A DNA stretch of 63,465 bases, counting the filler, from Tricharina praecox (Eukaryota), in NCBI RefSeq assembly GCF_024521635.1. It is 6 parts of 6 records of this genome, joined end to end, with 100 filler letters (N's around TTAATTAATTAA, not from the genome) between each part and the next. Parts side by side here need not be neighbours in the genome. Positions count along the whole stretch, not along the records: positions 1 to 15,950 come from NW_026250483.1; positions 16,051 to 28,332 come from NW_026250485.1; 4 more parts are not named here. The stretch is one strand, 5' to 3'. This document shows, in pieces, positions 10,800 to 24,446 of this stretch (positions are counted from its first letter, which is position 1; the number at the start of each line of letters is the position of its first letter). Made by a program: the position numbers and the translations under genes. A model generated the notes under the pieces. It made no database searches. It saw only the letters and a program-made list of their open reading frames with translations, and was not told the DNA's origin.

Positions 10800-12900
10800 T
10801 GTCATCTCTGAGAATCGTAATGTATTAGTTGTCCATCAGTTCCGTCTTCAACCAAGCGTCGTAGGTGATGGTAGATTCGTTGCGGCCGGAAACGCCTTGG
10901 AGTCCACCGCGGATGTACATGATGGCATTGGAGAACGCTTCTTAACCATCTATACGGTAGTCCGTGAGGTTCATGACCGCTCGGTGGGCCAAGTCCGGGC
11001 CGTCCACGAGCTGCGACAAAACTGTCTTCATGGATCCCGCACTCTGTCTGCTCACTTATACTGGCTCGTCGGCTCTCCAGTCAGCTTCGGATTCGATAAT
11101 TGCCATGGAATTCCCAGACGCTGCGACGCATAGTGACATCCTGTTGCTGCGTGCTATGAATGTCTCCGCAAACATTGTCGTGTCGGTAATCGTCGTCCAC
11201 TGCGTCCCGGAGAAACGATAGCCATCCTTATTGTAGAGTCGGCACATAAGCTGTTCGTCGCTGGGGCGTAGATAGTTTCCTCCGCTTTCCCACGTAGTCG
11301 CGTACTCCCACATGTAAAGGAACCACGCGTTCGTGGGTGCCAGCAGACGTTGCGTCGGAAAACCCGGACAGTCGTCCGCTGCTGGGGGTTTCAGTGGACA
11401 GAGAACGGTCCTGAGCATGTCGCTAAGCGTGCAGTTGAAATCAAAGACCAAATCTGAGGATGGCCGTGCAGGATCCCACCTGAACGAGCCTTCGGCTTCC
11501 AATTGGCCCATTTACCTGTATAGGAAGTCGGAACTGAGTCTTTCAATCACCCGGCCCGGCGTGATGTAAGTCATATTATCGACCTCCGGCGAAACGCAGA
11601 GGACGTGTGCCTCCATCAGTCCCCCAAGGCCGCGGTAATACAGGAGTGAAGACCTATCCAACGCGTTCCGGACATCAGGATACGCCCTCAGGGTTGCCCC
11701 GGTGTCGCGCAACTGCCTTCCCGTGGAGGTTTCGGTGATGGATATCAAGCGACCCGTCCGCTCGGCGAAGCGTGGAAAGATTTTCGGACGATTTCGGAAG
11801 TGTTCGTTCGCCACCACTATCGGTATCTTGCCCGCCCGCGAATATGATCTGGTCGATCGGGGTCCCCGGATGTAATCTTGATCGAGGTTAAAAAGAAAGG
11901 CCGATAGGAGCTGCGAAAGAACCACGGTAATGGTCAACAACACCACCAAGAAGATGATGCTGAAGCTCGTGCTCACTCTGGCACCGCGTAGGATAGGAGG
12001 AGCCATGACCCATGGCTAACAGGTCGCATAGCGACAGATGGACATCGATGCGGCATCGCATAGGAGGACACAGTCCTTCTCGAAAGCCAGAGTCGCCATA
12101 ATCAGGCCGCAGATTCCCGACTGGACGGCCATACAGGTTCGCATCATGGCACTGCAGACGGCGATGACAGATCCGGTCCATTAGTTGTATAGCACTCTCG
12201 CTCCAAGGTAGTCGGGATTGTCATCGACGGAAATCAACGCGAGAACCATACCCAAGACGCTGAATACCAGGAGAAGCGGCTGCAGTGTACCGAATCGCCT
12301 CCGTATCGCCTGCCAGCGGAGCTTTCTGTCTGGGGCGATAAGCCGACTTGAATCCCGAGCTTGTAACCGACGAGGCCAGTCGAATCTTTACCGTGAATAG
12401 ACATAACGGTAACAGGCAATAGAGGTGAAAGTGCTCGAGTCCAACGCAACGAACGTGGGGCTCGAGATTTTCCTGGATCTTTATTAGTTCGACGATCCCA
12501 AGTTCCTCAAAAGATAAAGCTTGGAATAATCTAACCTTCGGACCCGAGACGACAGCTAGGGGCAGGGTAAAAGGCGGTAACCTGCCGGGAGTGCGAGGCA
12601 CGGTGGAAGTCAAAGATCTGGGGTGGACTTGCGATAACAAAATACAGATAGTGCGAGGTTTGTAGACGGAGCTGGAGGCAACGGTGTGCGGTTTTTGTAG
12701 ATGGTGTAGTTGGAATCTGAATGAGCAGGTAGTATCCTCTCCCGCGGCGCCGGTAATCTTGGAGAAAGGAATTGTAGAAACACCAGATGATGATAGGTAT
12801 GAGACGACACGACGTAAGCCACTATTTGTGGGATGTGGTTGACTGGCTTCAACATCGCCGGGGCTGTACAGCGTACATTGCGGGGAAGTCAACGCCAGCC
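10800..12900 (-). pseudogene. Disrupted member of an uncharacterised fungal membrane-protein family (boundaries approximate)
   Basis: One frame reads LLLVFSVLGMVLAL...LYN*WTGSVIAVCSAMMRTCMAVQSGICGLIMATLAFEKDCVLLCDAASMSICRYATC*PWVMAPP...LLTITVVLSQLLSAFLF...PKIFPRFAE...DTGATLRA...VLCVSP. In-frame stops at 12181-12183 (TAA) and 12016-12018 (TAG). Family resemblance is from memory, not a search. Confidence 0.6.
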
Positions 12901-13622
12901 AGACCCAGTCTACTGCCTATTTTCGTCGTTTTCGACGCGACGTCGTTACTGGTAGTAGTTTCATTAAAGTCTGCCTCCAGCGTCCGACGCATCACCGTGC
13001 AGGATTCGGTCTGACTTCTGTCCGGGGAAGTACTAGGTAGCTAACTGTTCTCGCCTTCTACCAGCCAGTTGAAGCGCTCAGATTTTTATATACTAGTGAG
13101 TGTATTCAAAGCACTCCTGCGACATCCAAAAGTAACCTGCCATCGTTGAGCATGATCAAACGAAAACAAAAAAGCAATTTTCCATCGAATAGGTACTTGG
13201 CACCTGCTCAAGGATAGGTAAATTGGCAAGCCCCAAATCCTGCAATTCGGGGTGCTCGCCACGAACACCAACTTTGCACACAGAAGGCCAGCAAAATCCA
13301 GATCCCCAGGCAGCCGTATCCCCAAAATAGAACCTGCGTCAAGACTCAAAACAGTTTGTGGCTTCAATCACTCGCAGTTATTCGCTGAAGACGCTAATTA
13401 GCTGCAGTTGATGCATCGTGGCGCATGCGGTGACAAGGGCTCCCCAGCCAATAGAAGCTTACTTGTGGAAAGTTCCGAGCCTGCACGCAGAAAGTCCGAC
13501 TGATGACCATAACTGAAATGATAGCGACTTGGACTGCGGGGTGGAATCGACATTTATCTGCTGCGAACACATTCAACTGGCTTCCGGGGGAATTATCGGA
13601 AATGTCGGTCTTCCTGGGACAT

Positions 13623-13755
13623 CTACTCACATAGCCGGAAAGACTTACCACACCCCTGTTAGATCTGTGGCTGAGGATGTTCAATTACTACGGTGAGCCA
13701 ACCACAGCCACAAATCTAACAGGGGGAGGATAAGTCTTTCCGGCCGTGTGAGTAG
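13623..13755. repeat. Imperfect inverted repeat/hairpin: 51-bp arms, 31-nt loop
   Basis: Arm 13623-13673 versus the reverse complement of 13705-13755: 44/51 identical, no gaps (hand alignment). Confidence 0.9.
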
Positions 13756-15950
13756 TCGTTCCCGCGTGTAGCTTTCTCTGTAGGTGGCTGGAGGAGTTGG
13801 CAGAAAAAGGGAGCGGGTTATCAAGTGAATTTTTGGGCAGCACATTTCGTTTAATAAAATATCGTATCAGGCCCTATTCCATCTCGCTGAATCTGGAATA
13901 CGTGAATAGTAGCACCGTCCCTTTTTTGGTAATGTGGCTGACCGGACTGAATGGAGGACTACCAGATGCCCCGTCCGGTACCTGTCATCTGTACACAGGA
14001 AGAATCGCCACCAATACGATTTGTACCCCCCAGTCGAACTCGTGTTCGGAGTATGCCGCGTGGTCGGTAGTTTTGACACGCTGCGCTCGGTTGAGATCGT
14101 CGACGCGGCACCGCAGTCACTGATGGCAGTCACGGCTCGAAACGCGTGCTGATGAGCCCGCAGCTCGCTATTTGGAGGTTTTGTGGGTGAGCGGCAGCGC
14201 GTAATACATGACGTACATCTGCCGTACTGCCACAGCTCGTATTCTGGGTTGACCTCAGTGGTTCCCATCTCATAGGAGTATTTCCCACGGTCAGATCCGT
14301 CCGCTGTTATAGTGAAGTGAACTGGTCGATCCGCCGGCAGTGCACTGCAGTCCACTATGTACTAAGAATGTTTGGGAATATCATCCGAATCGCAGAGAAC
14401 ACCTAAAACACCCCTGTAGTGAGGAGATGTTTGGTGGAAAGGAAGGCCAGCACAAGCGGTAGTCATCTCTGACGGAAGAAAATTGTTACCATCGCCGCTG
14501 TCTACGAATACCGACAGGATGACAATTTTACGGCTAATTGAACAACGAGGCTTCGGGTGTGTTTCTGTGGGAGAAGCTTCACAACTGAGTTTGGCGGCTG
14601 GTGGCTGCACCAAAGAGACTCCCGTGCAATCATAGGCATCTATTCAACAAAAGCAGCATGTGGGAAGCCCGAAACACGATGCTTCTAGAAGAATATTGGC
14701 GAGAGTTGTAAGAAACTGGAAAGCCAATCGAAGGAGCGTCGTACAGCCTACAAGCGGGGCACATAGCAGATGAAGCGCTCGGTCCGGCCCGTTTACTCTG
14801 TTGGGTAATCACAATTTCAGAAGATATCGCTTTTTTGCAATAAAAGCTCATCCTCATCCCTCCCCGTATCCCGGCCTGCATCAACCGCCCCCTTCGCGAC
14901 CTCCCCTGCATCGCGCATATGAGGGATATCACGCGATAGTAAGGCAATCCGGTGAAGCGTGCTACGCCAGGTCTAGTTCTATCGCGCGTTAGTTTCTCGT
15001 CACCATTGCGTCCTCAATCATTCGTGACTGCGAAAAGTGTCGAATCTGCGCAGTGGCGTCTACTCCCTGGGCCGTGCGCAGCGAACATGCCAACTACGGC
15101 TGTAACTCACGGGTTTCGGTGGTGCGAACGAGTAGGTAGGTTCTCTTGCAAGGTGATATTTGTCCATTATGGCATCCCTTAGCCTTACTCGCAACCCTAC
15201 TCGCCCACGAGGATGGGCTTCCGTGCGCGGTATCACTCGCGGGCAAAACGACGTTCCGACGTTCCGATTAGCTGATGGGTTTGCATAAAACATCACTCGC
15301 ACAAGAGTGTGAGAAACTGTGCTCGTCAGGTTGGTGATATCTACAAAATTTCGTGGGCGGTGGGCGCGACGGCAGCTGTGTCGGTTTCGTACGTCGCACG
15401 AGTTCAAGACACTGAGAGCGGATGTTTGTCCTGGGAGGCAGCGTGAGGTGAATTATCTCTAACCATACTATCTAAACGATTCCTCCCGCCAAGTCAGTTT
15501 TCCACCCTCCCTGGCGAGGTTTATCCGTGCCCTATTAGCAAGATCCCTGGGCACCTGCTCGTGTGTCTCACGGGTTGGCCGGCAGTTACATCCTCCTACG
15601 CCGCATTCTTCGTTCGTCCCGCGGACTTCGTCTTCTCCCCTTTCAGCCCGTCTTCCGGTCTCTAGTATCTACACAACCACCTCGGCCTCGTCATCCTTTT
15701 AGTCCATCTGGGCACCCTCCACCCCTCAGCCAGTTTCTGTCCGACATACCCGTCCAACTACCCGCCCCCTCTTCAACCTCTGGTTGCGATCGGCAAGTTC
15801 AGTTTCGGACACAGGGTGTGTACTAGACCGTGACATTGCGCGTTTTTTCGTCGATGTTGCTCCAACCTCGCGGTTTTGCACACCTACAAGAAGCAGTGTT
15901 AGTTCATCGGGGAAGGGAATATGCAGGGCTAGCAGTTTGCACACACCGAG

Positions 15951-16050
15951 NNNNNNNNNNNNNNNNNNNNNNNNNNNNNNNNNNNNNNNNNNNNTTAATT
16001 AATTAANNNNNNNNNNNNNNNNNNNNNNNNNNNNNNNNNNNNNNNNNNNN
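15951..16050. other. Artificial contig spacer N44-TTAATTAATTAA-N44
   Basis: 100-bp block with stops in all six frames; occurs five times. Confidence 0.97.
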
Positions 16051-17716
16051 ATGATTGTCTCGAAACGCTGCCGGAGGATCCTTGAGACAAGTTCGGGTGG
16101 TTTTTGTTTCCGCTCAGCCTTACTACCCGTATGGGGCGGAGGCGGGGGTAATCACGGGTTCCGCAGAAACGGTATCGGTCTGGAGGGCTGGAATCATCCC
16201 ATATCTGCAGCCTCCCGTCGGATTCCCCATTCCCCACATTTACAGTGCAGCGGCGGCGTCCCCGGAACACAAGTACCGTATGCAAAGGCACGAACCGGGT
16301 GCGACTTCCGACTTGAGCGTGGAAACAAGGAAGCAAGGTCCCGCCGTGTGCACAGCGCCGGCGTCCGGTTCAAAGTTCGAACCTTGGGGTCAGTCCACCA
16401 AGAATCCAAGATCTGGAGTTGGCGAAGGTGGACTTTCTTCCCCGTAAATGGGGCGGTGGTACGGTATGTACTCACATGAACGGGAGTGTATCCTGTATAT
16501 GACCATGTTTGCCCTGCTGGATACTTAGCTCTCACATGTAATCTGTGAATCGATTTGCGTTGCAGCAGAACAAGGAGGACAAGACAGCCTGCACATGAAC
16601 GACCTTTACGAATCGTACGTCCTCGCTGTATGTGCTCGCTGTATGTAGTTGGGGCAGCTCGTCACATGCACGAGATCCTCGCGATTTCTAGGATCCTCTG
16701 GTCGGTAGTCCCGGAGGATAAAAAACTCAGCATCTACTGACTCCTCTACCGCCGGCCTCTCCAGCCCCTCCAGCCGCCTCTTATATGTAGGTGGATCGAA
16801 GCGTCGATTTCACAGGTCGGGGACGTTCTCCTGCCGGTGAAGTTCCAACTTCTTTTTCGACTTCCGCAGAACCGGCCGGAAACTTGAAAGGCAGTGACTT
16901 CCGCTCCACGCCGCGGATCCGACTTGCCCTTCGACATGAAGGCTACTATAAGCGGGAGAGCTCGCGCCAAACTTCCGGTATACCCTGCTAGTTAACTACC
17001 TAGGGGATACTCCCGCGCGGGTCGATCGTTGCGCCGAGTAGTGGATACCGGTATGGCTGCAAGTATTCAAGCATGGCCTGGCCGACGGGCGTCTGGTGCT
17101 GTCGTGCGGTGATCATTGATACCGGTAGTGCTTTCTCACGGCCCGCTGCTCGTGGCCGGCGGATGAAGCGATAGTATAAGAATAGTAGAGTGCGCAGAAT
17201 TCCCTAGCTGATATTTCCATGTCTGCATACGGCAGATGTTGGCAGTGTCGAAGGCGGCTAGTCGGGAGGTTTTGAACGCATCGAATCGATGGAGTCGTTG
17301 TGCAGCCTATGGTTGGTGGTTGGCATTGGCATTGTTATCTCTTCAGAGGTGAACAGGAGATGGAATGAGGAATTCTGTGTATAAAGCGTTCTTGCATCCG
17401 CAAATCTTCATCTCATCACTCTGCGAGATGCGGTTCGCTCTGGTGAGGCCAATGTGTGTCTGATATGTTTTCAATCCAGGATAGGAAACCACAGGACCGT
17501 GCTATGTGTAGTTGGCTCTACCGATGCGTGTGATGGACCGTGCCCGCTCTTGCGCCCGCTCGAGACGTCTAGCTGCCGCATCCGACCAGGGAGACACTGG
17601 TAGATTTCCCGTTCCAATGAAGTTCATGGCATTGACCTCGTAAAAGCAAACAAATGATATATACAACTGATAAACGCCGTTCCCCTATGCCCGCTGACCG
17701 TCCGTACTGCTTTCGC

Positions 17717-18771
17717 CTACCACAGTGCTGCCGCAAACGCCGCCACGACGACCAGCACGACCAACGTCCTTTGCACCTCGACTCCGATCGCGCCAGAGCA
17801 GTAATAACCCTGAGCCCTCCAGTATTCACAATTCTTCCCGCCTCCGGTGCCGCCGCCGGTGCCTCCAGCCCCTCCGCTGACCACCACCTTCCCACAATCC
17901 CCCACGGGCGCGGCAGTATCCCCCGCGCCTCCGCGCTCCACGTTGTTCCCCGGGTCTGGGAACTCAACGTCGGCACCGGCCTGCGTGGTGCAGCCGTTGC
18001 CCAGGTTTGCGAGGAAGACTTGGGGCCCCAGTGCGCGCTTCTTGAGCATTGACGGGAGTACGTTGAATTCCTCGCGCGCCATCAGCTTGCGCTTGCCGCC
18101 GGAGATGGTCACTACCGCGCAGTTCATGTAGATTTCGCGGTTGCCTTGGTTGTTGAACCACGTCCTGGGAGAGAATGGCAAGCGTTAGAAGGAGGCGGAA
18201 AGCGCGGTGGTGGGAGGTTCGGGGGAAGGTTTACCATGCTAGCAGCGCTTCCCCGCCAGGCGTCCCCTTCGGCACCGTAAATGAGAACGACTGATCACTT
18301 CCCTGGTCCGGTTTCACGCACCCACCGACGAATGACTTGATGACCTGCCAAGAATTTCCTCCGTCGAACGAGAACGACAGCTGGCACGAGCCGCCGAGAT
18401 GTGTCGCCGAACCATCGAGCCTGTTTCCAGCACATCAGAGTACCATCGCGTGGTAACTAGCCATGGGTGTCAACTCACCGGATTTTATAGCTCCCCCCGG
18501 GACTGTAGGTCGCGACGGACTTTCCGCCGGGTGTCCCGAGATCCTCATGGTAGCCCTTGCAGGGGTAGTTGCTGCCCGACGGCGACAGCGGCGAGAGGTA
18601 ATCGTAATCTTCGGCAACCTTGTAGGGATTCGACTTGTACCGCAGGGCTGGCGGATCCGCCATCGCCATGTGGGCCGAGACGAGGGTGGCATGTAGGGCG
18701 AGCACGACCGCAAGGACTGCAAGAAGCCGTGGTATCGATACGCATTGATGGGTGACTGCGCGGGCGAACAT
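17717..18771 (-). CDS. AA11-family lytic polysaccharide monooxygenase, secreted, probable GPI anchor (intact copy, 3 exons)
   Basis: Signal peptide ends LVSA/H with mature His1 (HMAMADPP). Then YPCK, SATHLGGSCQ (second His), WQVIKSFVGGC, WTWFNNQGNREIYMNCA (axial Tyr), VFLANLGNGCTT...VEFPDPG, a Gly linker and a hydrophobic C-terminus. Intron 1 18478-18421 (GTGAGT...CAG); intron 2 GTAAAC...CAG. Confidence 0.9.
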
Positions 18772-20430
18772 TGAGGGCGAGTTCGAGTGTGTAGGCAGGG
18801 GAGGGGTGATTGTGGGACGTCGTGATGGATGTGAAGGACTTTAACTTTCCCACGGTCTCTTGTTCAGCGTTCCACCCATTGCCTCAGCGCCAGACATTTA
18901 AACAGGTCTTTTCGGCGGGGGGGGGGGAGGGGGCGTCCTTTCCCCCAGAAGGCTGTGCATCACGTATGCGCGCTCCTACTCGCTGTTAGATCCTCAGCAC
19001 GTCGCTAGGCAGTTCTGTAGGTGGGGTTTTAAGCATATTCGTTGGTCACTGGCGACGGCGCCCATCTGCATCTGCGTGCACAGGGCAGGGCGGCTGGGGG
19101 TCTAGGTCGCGGGAGTTTCTGATACAAGGCCCTGGCAGGTAGGATGCGCTGGCAGCAGCAGCACCACGAGAAAAAAATTAAAAAATCTATCTGTCGCAGC
19201 AGCTCGCGTTGCGGTTCCCTGCAGAACAACTGGCTGGAATGCACTCTAGATGCAGGAACCGCCCGACCAACCAGGTCGTCCATTCATCCGGGCCAGCTTC
19301 TGTCGTTTCGACGTTCGTTCGTTGCTTTCTTCGTTCGTGGTTGCGCCTCAAGCACGCTCGAGAGTTGGATATCTCCATTTCGTTCGTTCATTCATTCGTG
19401 GTTTCGTCTCCCGCACGCTGGAGAGTTGGATACTGCTATCTCCATCTCGTTCCTGTGTGCGAGAGCTGATGGACACACATGGTTTCGGACGCAAGAGCGA
19501 CAGATTCTGCTACACCGCTTTATGTACCGGTATTCCAGCTTCTTTCACGGCAGGTAGCGGCCCGCTTCTCTTCCTTTGTTTACTGGCAGTCCCGATTCCG
19601 TGCAGAGCAGAGGTACCGGTAGATGATTTCCTGCATCGGAACTATGCCGGTAGTCGTGTGCATCGGTCCCGGATCGAACTCCCAGGCGTTTGAAGAGGTG
19701 GAGATTGTGGTGGTGGTGGTAGTAGTGGATGGGAGTGAAGGGGATTGAAGGGGAGTGGAAATGGTGGTGGAAGTGGTGGTGGAAGTGGTGGTGGTGTGGA
19801 GGTAGAGGTGGGGTGGACTGGGATGTCAGACTTGAAGCACCTCCATGGTAGAGCAGAGTAATACAGTATCATACAAACTCTCGACTCAACACCGCACTGC
19901 ACGCAACTCGTGAGAAGCACGACTCCACCACGGATGTTTTCCCATAGTGCAATACGGTACGTAAATCTCGGCATCTTCGTCGAGCTGATTACTGAAGATG
20001 AGACGTCTCGCGGGAGCGTGCAGGTTGCCGGCGCTCCTTCACTTCCGATAGCCGTGCAGCGGATTGGCTAACTGCCAGGTAGTAACCCATCCCGCCATGC
20101 GAATGCGAGTGAACCGGCTGCACGTAGAGTGCTTATGTACCGAAGGCGATAGATCAGAAAACGTCAGAATCATATCCATTGTCCATTGTCCTTCATAGAT
20201 TTCCCAAGCATGTACCTACGCCGGCTCGGACAAAGAAAAGAATTCAAAAGGAAAAGAAGGGAAAAAGCGCCACCGCCACCACCGGCACCATCCGGCCCAA
20301 TCTCCCCCAACAGGTTCGATGTGCAGAATTCAGTTGTTGTGCGATTCCCGCTTCCCCGTGGGTAAGATGATGGATGGATCAGAGGCACTTGCACTTTGAC
20401 TTCACTTCCGTTCGCGGGTGAAAGAGGAGT

Positions 20431-20488
20431 GGACTGGACTGGACTGGACTGGACTGGAGAGGAGAGGAGAGGAGAGGAGAGGAGAGGA
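20431..20488. repeat. Compound pentanucleotide microsatellite (GGACT)n(GGAGA)n, mirrored near 25685-25740
   Basis: Directly visible. Confidence 0.9.
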
Positions 20489-21515
20489 GTCAAATGCCGT
20501 CACCGCCACCGTCACCGGGTGCGCCAGTGTATCATGTATGTCCATACCTATGGGCGGATTCTCCACTCGGACCGTCGGAAGATTTACACACTCTATTACT
20601 AACGGTAGACTTCCGGATCGGCCAGCAAAAGAGCTGAGCGTCTTCATACGATCATACCACCTTTGTTTTTGCATCCTCAATCCCATACTATATAGTCCGT
20701 ACATATCTCCGCCTCAGCAAAGCCGTCACGACTCACGGCTTCCCGCATACTCGACACGCGATCCAGCCCCCCATCCAGCCTGTTAAGCATATCGACATAC
20801 CACATCATAATGGCGGATCCTTATCGCTCCCATCCCATCAAGTACCTGGAGGCAAGTAAGTGAGTAAGTAGGTGCAAACATTCCCGCACGCAGCCTGGTG
20901 AACTTTCAACTACTACGGTACACCCCCTTACATGGAACCATTTCCCCCTCCTCCTCCTCCTCCTCCTCCACCCCACCCGCCACTAACCGGACGCAAGGCG
21001 CAAGAGGAATCGAATGCAAGAGGGCGGCCTGCAGACACGCGGCTTCGATTCCAGTCCTTTGTTCTTGTGTGTGCGAGCCAAGGTGGGCGGGCGGGCTGGT
21101 TCATCCCTTGCTACGTCGCCTACTATTGAGGAGGAGGAGTGAGGTGAGCGAGTGAGTGAGAGATTGAGAGAGTGAATGTGTGAGAGAGTGTGTGGGACTG
21201 GGTCTTATATTTGGGGCGAGGGCCCCCCGCCGATTTCAGTCCGGAATACCCTTCGCATCGTCGACGATCGTGCGAAACCGAGCATCAGCAAAACTATCCG
21301 TCGCTCTTCCTATTTCCTAGCTTTAGTTACACCTCATTCAAGCTATCCGCTGCTCTTCGATTAGGAGCCTTCCGATTCCCAGCTCCAGCTGCAGTTGCTA
21401 CCGACAGCCACTTTTAGGTCCTATTCACCTCGCATCGACGGCAACCCCCCCACCTTCGCTTCACCGTCACTCGCTACTTCGCCGCCAAAGTACATCCCAC
21501 ATCCCACCTCCCCCA

Positions 21516-21722
21516 ATGTGCCAGTACAAACTCCAGATCTTCGCATGCGGGGATTCCTACATCACGCGCGAAGAAGCCGTGCGCGAACAGGTACCCGTTG
21601 CACTGCAACACGTTGAGGTGCCGCTCGAGACGCGGCATGCGATTGACTGCTATCCTTGCCGCCGGAATCCAAAGAGGAGGATACTGCCGGCTATGGCGAG
21701 GGGGATTTACGCGCATCGTTAG
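21516..21722 (+). CDS. Small Cys-rich protein, left-arm copy (compensating indels scramble the middle)
   Basis: MCQYKLQIFACGDSYITRE...DCYPCRR; the middle differs from the right-arm copy by a local frame shift. Confidence 0.5.
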   Translation: MCQYKLQIFACGDSYITREEAVREQVPVALQHVEVPLETRHAIDCYPCRRNPKRRILPAMARGIYAHR

Positions 21723-22690
21723 GGTTCATTGGTGGTGGCGGTGGATGGATTGGTTATGCTTCGTGGTGTTGGGTATACCAGTTTTGTGACTTTGCTTGGG
21801 ATTTTGCATGTTTGAGTTGAGGGGATTTCGGATTGGATTGCGTGGGATTGGATTATGCTGGATTGGATCGAGTTGGATATCTAGAACGGGCTCTGGCCTG
21901 TGGCTTATATCTCAGAGAGTGCGGGCATCAGTGCGATATTGCCGAGAGGGTTCTGTTTGTGCTCTGCGGCCGTTCCAAACTTGCATCGTGCCCGATTTGA
22001 CACCCTGATACCTACCTACGACGCTATCGCGTCCATGAGATTGCTAAACTCTTTCTCCAACAATGTCTCCATTTGTTTCTCACTTCGATTCAAACGGTTT
22101 CTCGAACCTAACCAGCCACTGGAGGCAGACGCTTACTAGCGTCGGGATAGCTATCCCTCCTGTTAGAACCTGCTCACCACAGCTACACAGGCTGGCTCTA
22201 TCCGGCTTATACATCGTCAGAGGCGGTGGCGAGTAAATAGCACCTGCGGAAATCGCGAGTCGGGCGTGTATGGTAGTCTTGCGAGGGGTCTATCGGCGTG
22301 GATCAATCCTCCTCATGAACAACACACCCCATATCGTTTTTCTTAATTCATCATGTCAGCAGATATTTAACCAAGACTAGTCTGCACTCCGGATAACGAG
22401 CCAAACGCCTCCACTCCCTCCATCCCTCGAACCGCTGTTCTTCCTGATGCTCTCCAGAGGCATCGCTGACTCAGACTCCCTCCTCGCCGTCCGCCGCCTT
22501 AGAAACCAACATACAGACGTCGATGCCCTCCGTTATCAAAGAGAGGGGCTGGGGGAGTTGGAATCCTCAATTATATTTCGCACACAGCCTTTCTAGACCA
22601 TGAACTCTGCGTTCCCAAGTTTATTTCCTCGCGCAGTGTTGGTTATTCATCAGTCATCACACGTCTGCCTGCCTATCCTAGATTTTAATT

Positions 22691-23100
22691 GTGACAATCA
22701 ACATTAGAGTGGCTCATACCAACCAAGACCAAGGCCGAGAACGAGCCTTCGGGGAATCAAAGACCCGTCCGAGATCTGGAATCCATCTCATTACGACCAT
22801 CTCGTACACTCTCTCCATCTTATATCTCCAACAGGTTACGAGCCCGGGTCAGCGTAACCAATATCGACGATCTCATCCTTTATCCTCAACAAGCCTTCGG
22901 GGGCAACAAAGACCCGTCCGGGATGCGGAGGATACTTCGAGAAAAACTCGACAACTGGGCCAACGAAGTGGGCCGATCGATTATGGTCCGGGGAATCTAC
23001 AAACAGTCCCTCGCCCCAAACGAGACGCTCCGAAGCTACTTCGAGCGTCTCATCCAATACCGTCCCCTCTCAATGGCACAGAAGAGCAAATCACGGATGC
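22691..23100 (+). CDS. 5' part of a hypothetical gene cut off at the palindrome centre (mirrored at 23133..23483 -)
   Basis: The right-arm frame reads NIDDLILYPQQAFGGNKDPSGMRRILREKLDNWANEVGRSIMVRGIYKQSL; the left arm continues RSYFERLIQYRPLSMAQKSKSRM through the loop. The true start is unknown. Confidence 0.4.
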
Positions 23101-24446
23101 CCTTGAGGGTGGAGCGGTATAGGATAAGACGCTCAAAGTAGCTTCGGAGCGTCGTTTGGGGCGAGGGACTGTTTGTAGATTCCCCGGACCATAATCGATC
23201 GGCCCACTTCGTTGGCCCAGTTGTCGAGTTTTTCTCGAAGTATCCTCCGCATCCCGGACGGGTCTTTGTTGCCCCCGAAGGCTTGTTGAGGATAAAGGAT
23301 GAGATCGTCGATATTGGTTACGCTGACCCGGGCTCGTAACCTGTTGGAGATATAAGATGGAGAGAGTGACGAGAGTGGTCTAATGAGATGGATTCCAGAT
23401 CTCGGACGGGTCTTTGATTCCCCGAAGGCTCGTTCTCGGCCTTGGTCTTGGTTGGTATGAGCCACTCTAATGTTGATTGTCACAATTAAAATCTAGGATA
23501 GGCAGGCAGACGTGTGATGACTGATGAATAACCAACACTGCGCGAGGAAATAAACTTGGGAACGCAGAGTTCATGGTCTAGAAAGGCTGTGTGCGAAATA
23601 ATTGAGGATTCCAACTCCCCAGCCCCTCTCTTTGATAACGGAGGGCATCGACGTCTGTATGTTGGTTTCTAAGGCGGCGGACGGCGAGGAGGGAGTCTGA
23701 GTCAGCGATGCCTCTGGAGAGCATCAGGAAGAACAGCGGTTCGAGGGATGGAGGGAGTGGAGGCGTTTGGCTCGTTATCCGGAGTGCAGACTAGTCTTGG
23801 TTAAATATCTGCTGACATGATGAATTAAGAAAAACGATATGGGGTGTGTTGTTCATGAGGAGGATTGATCCACGCCGATAGACCCCTCGCAAGACTACCA
23901 TACACGCCCGACTCGCGATTTCCGCAGGTGCTATTTACTCGCCACCGCCTCTGACGATGTATAAGCCGGATAGAGCCAGCCTGTGTAGCTGTGGTGAGCA
24001 GGTTCTAACAGGAGGGATAGCTATCCCGACGCTAGTAAGCGTCTGCCTCCAGTGGCTGGTTAGGTTCGAGAAACCGTTTGAATCGAAGTGAGAAACAAAT
24101 GGAGACATTGTTGGAGAAAGAGTTTAGCAATCTCATGGACGCGATAGAGTCGTAGGTAGGTATCAGGGTGTCAATCGGGCACGATGCAAGTTTGGAACGG
24201 CCGCAGAGCACAAACAGAACCCTCTCGGCAATATCGCACTGATGCCCGCACTCTCTGAGATATAAGCCACAGGCCAGAGCCCGTTCATAGATATCCAACT
24301 CGATCCAATCCAGCATAATCCAATCCCACGCAATCCAATCCGAAATCCCTCAACTCAAACATGCAAAATCCCAAAGCAAAGTCACAAAACTGGTATACCC
24401 AACCACGAAGCATAACCAATCCATCCACCGCCACCACCAATGAACC

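Noticed and set aside
13867..14613. Possible degraded minus-strand gene (two same-frame ORFs)
   Set aside because: No recognisable domain or splice structure.
15995..16006. TTAATTAATTAA as a biological site (PacI-like or piggyBac TTAA target)
   Set aside because: Always centred in 44+44 Ns; it is a six-frame stop linker.
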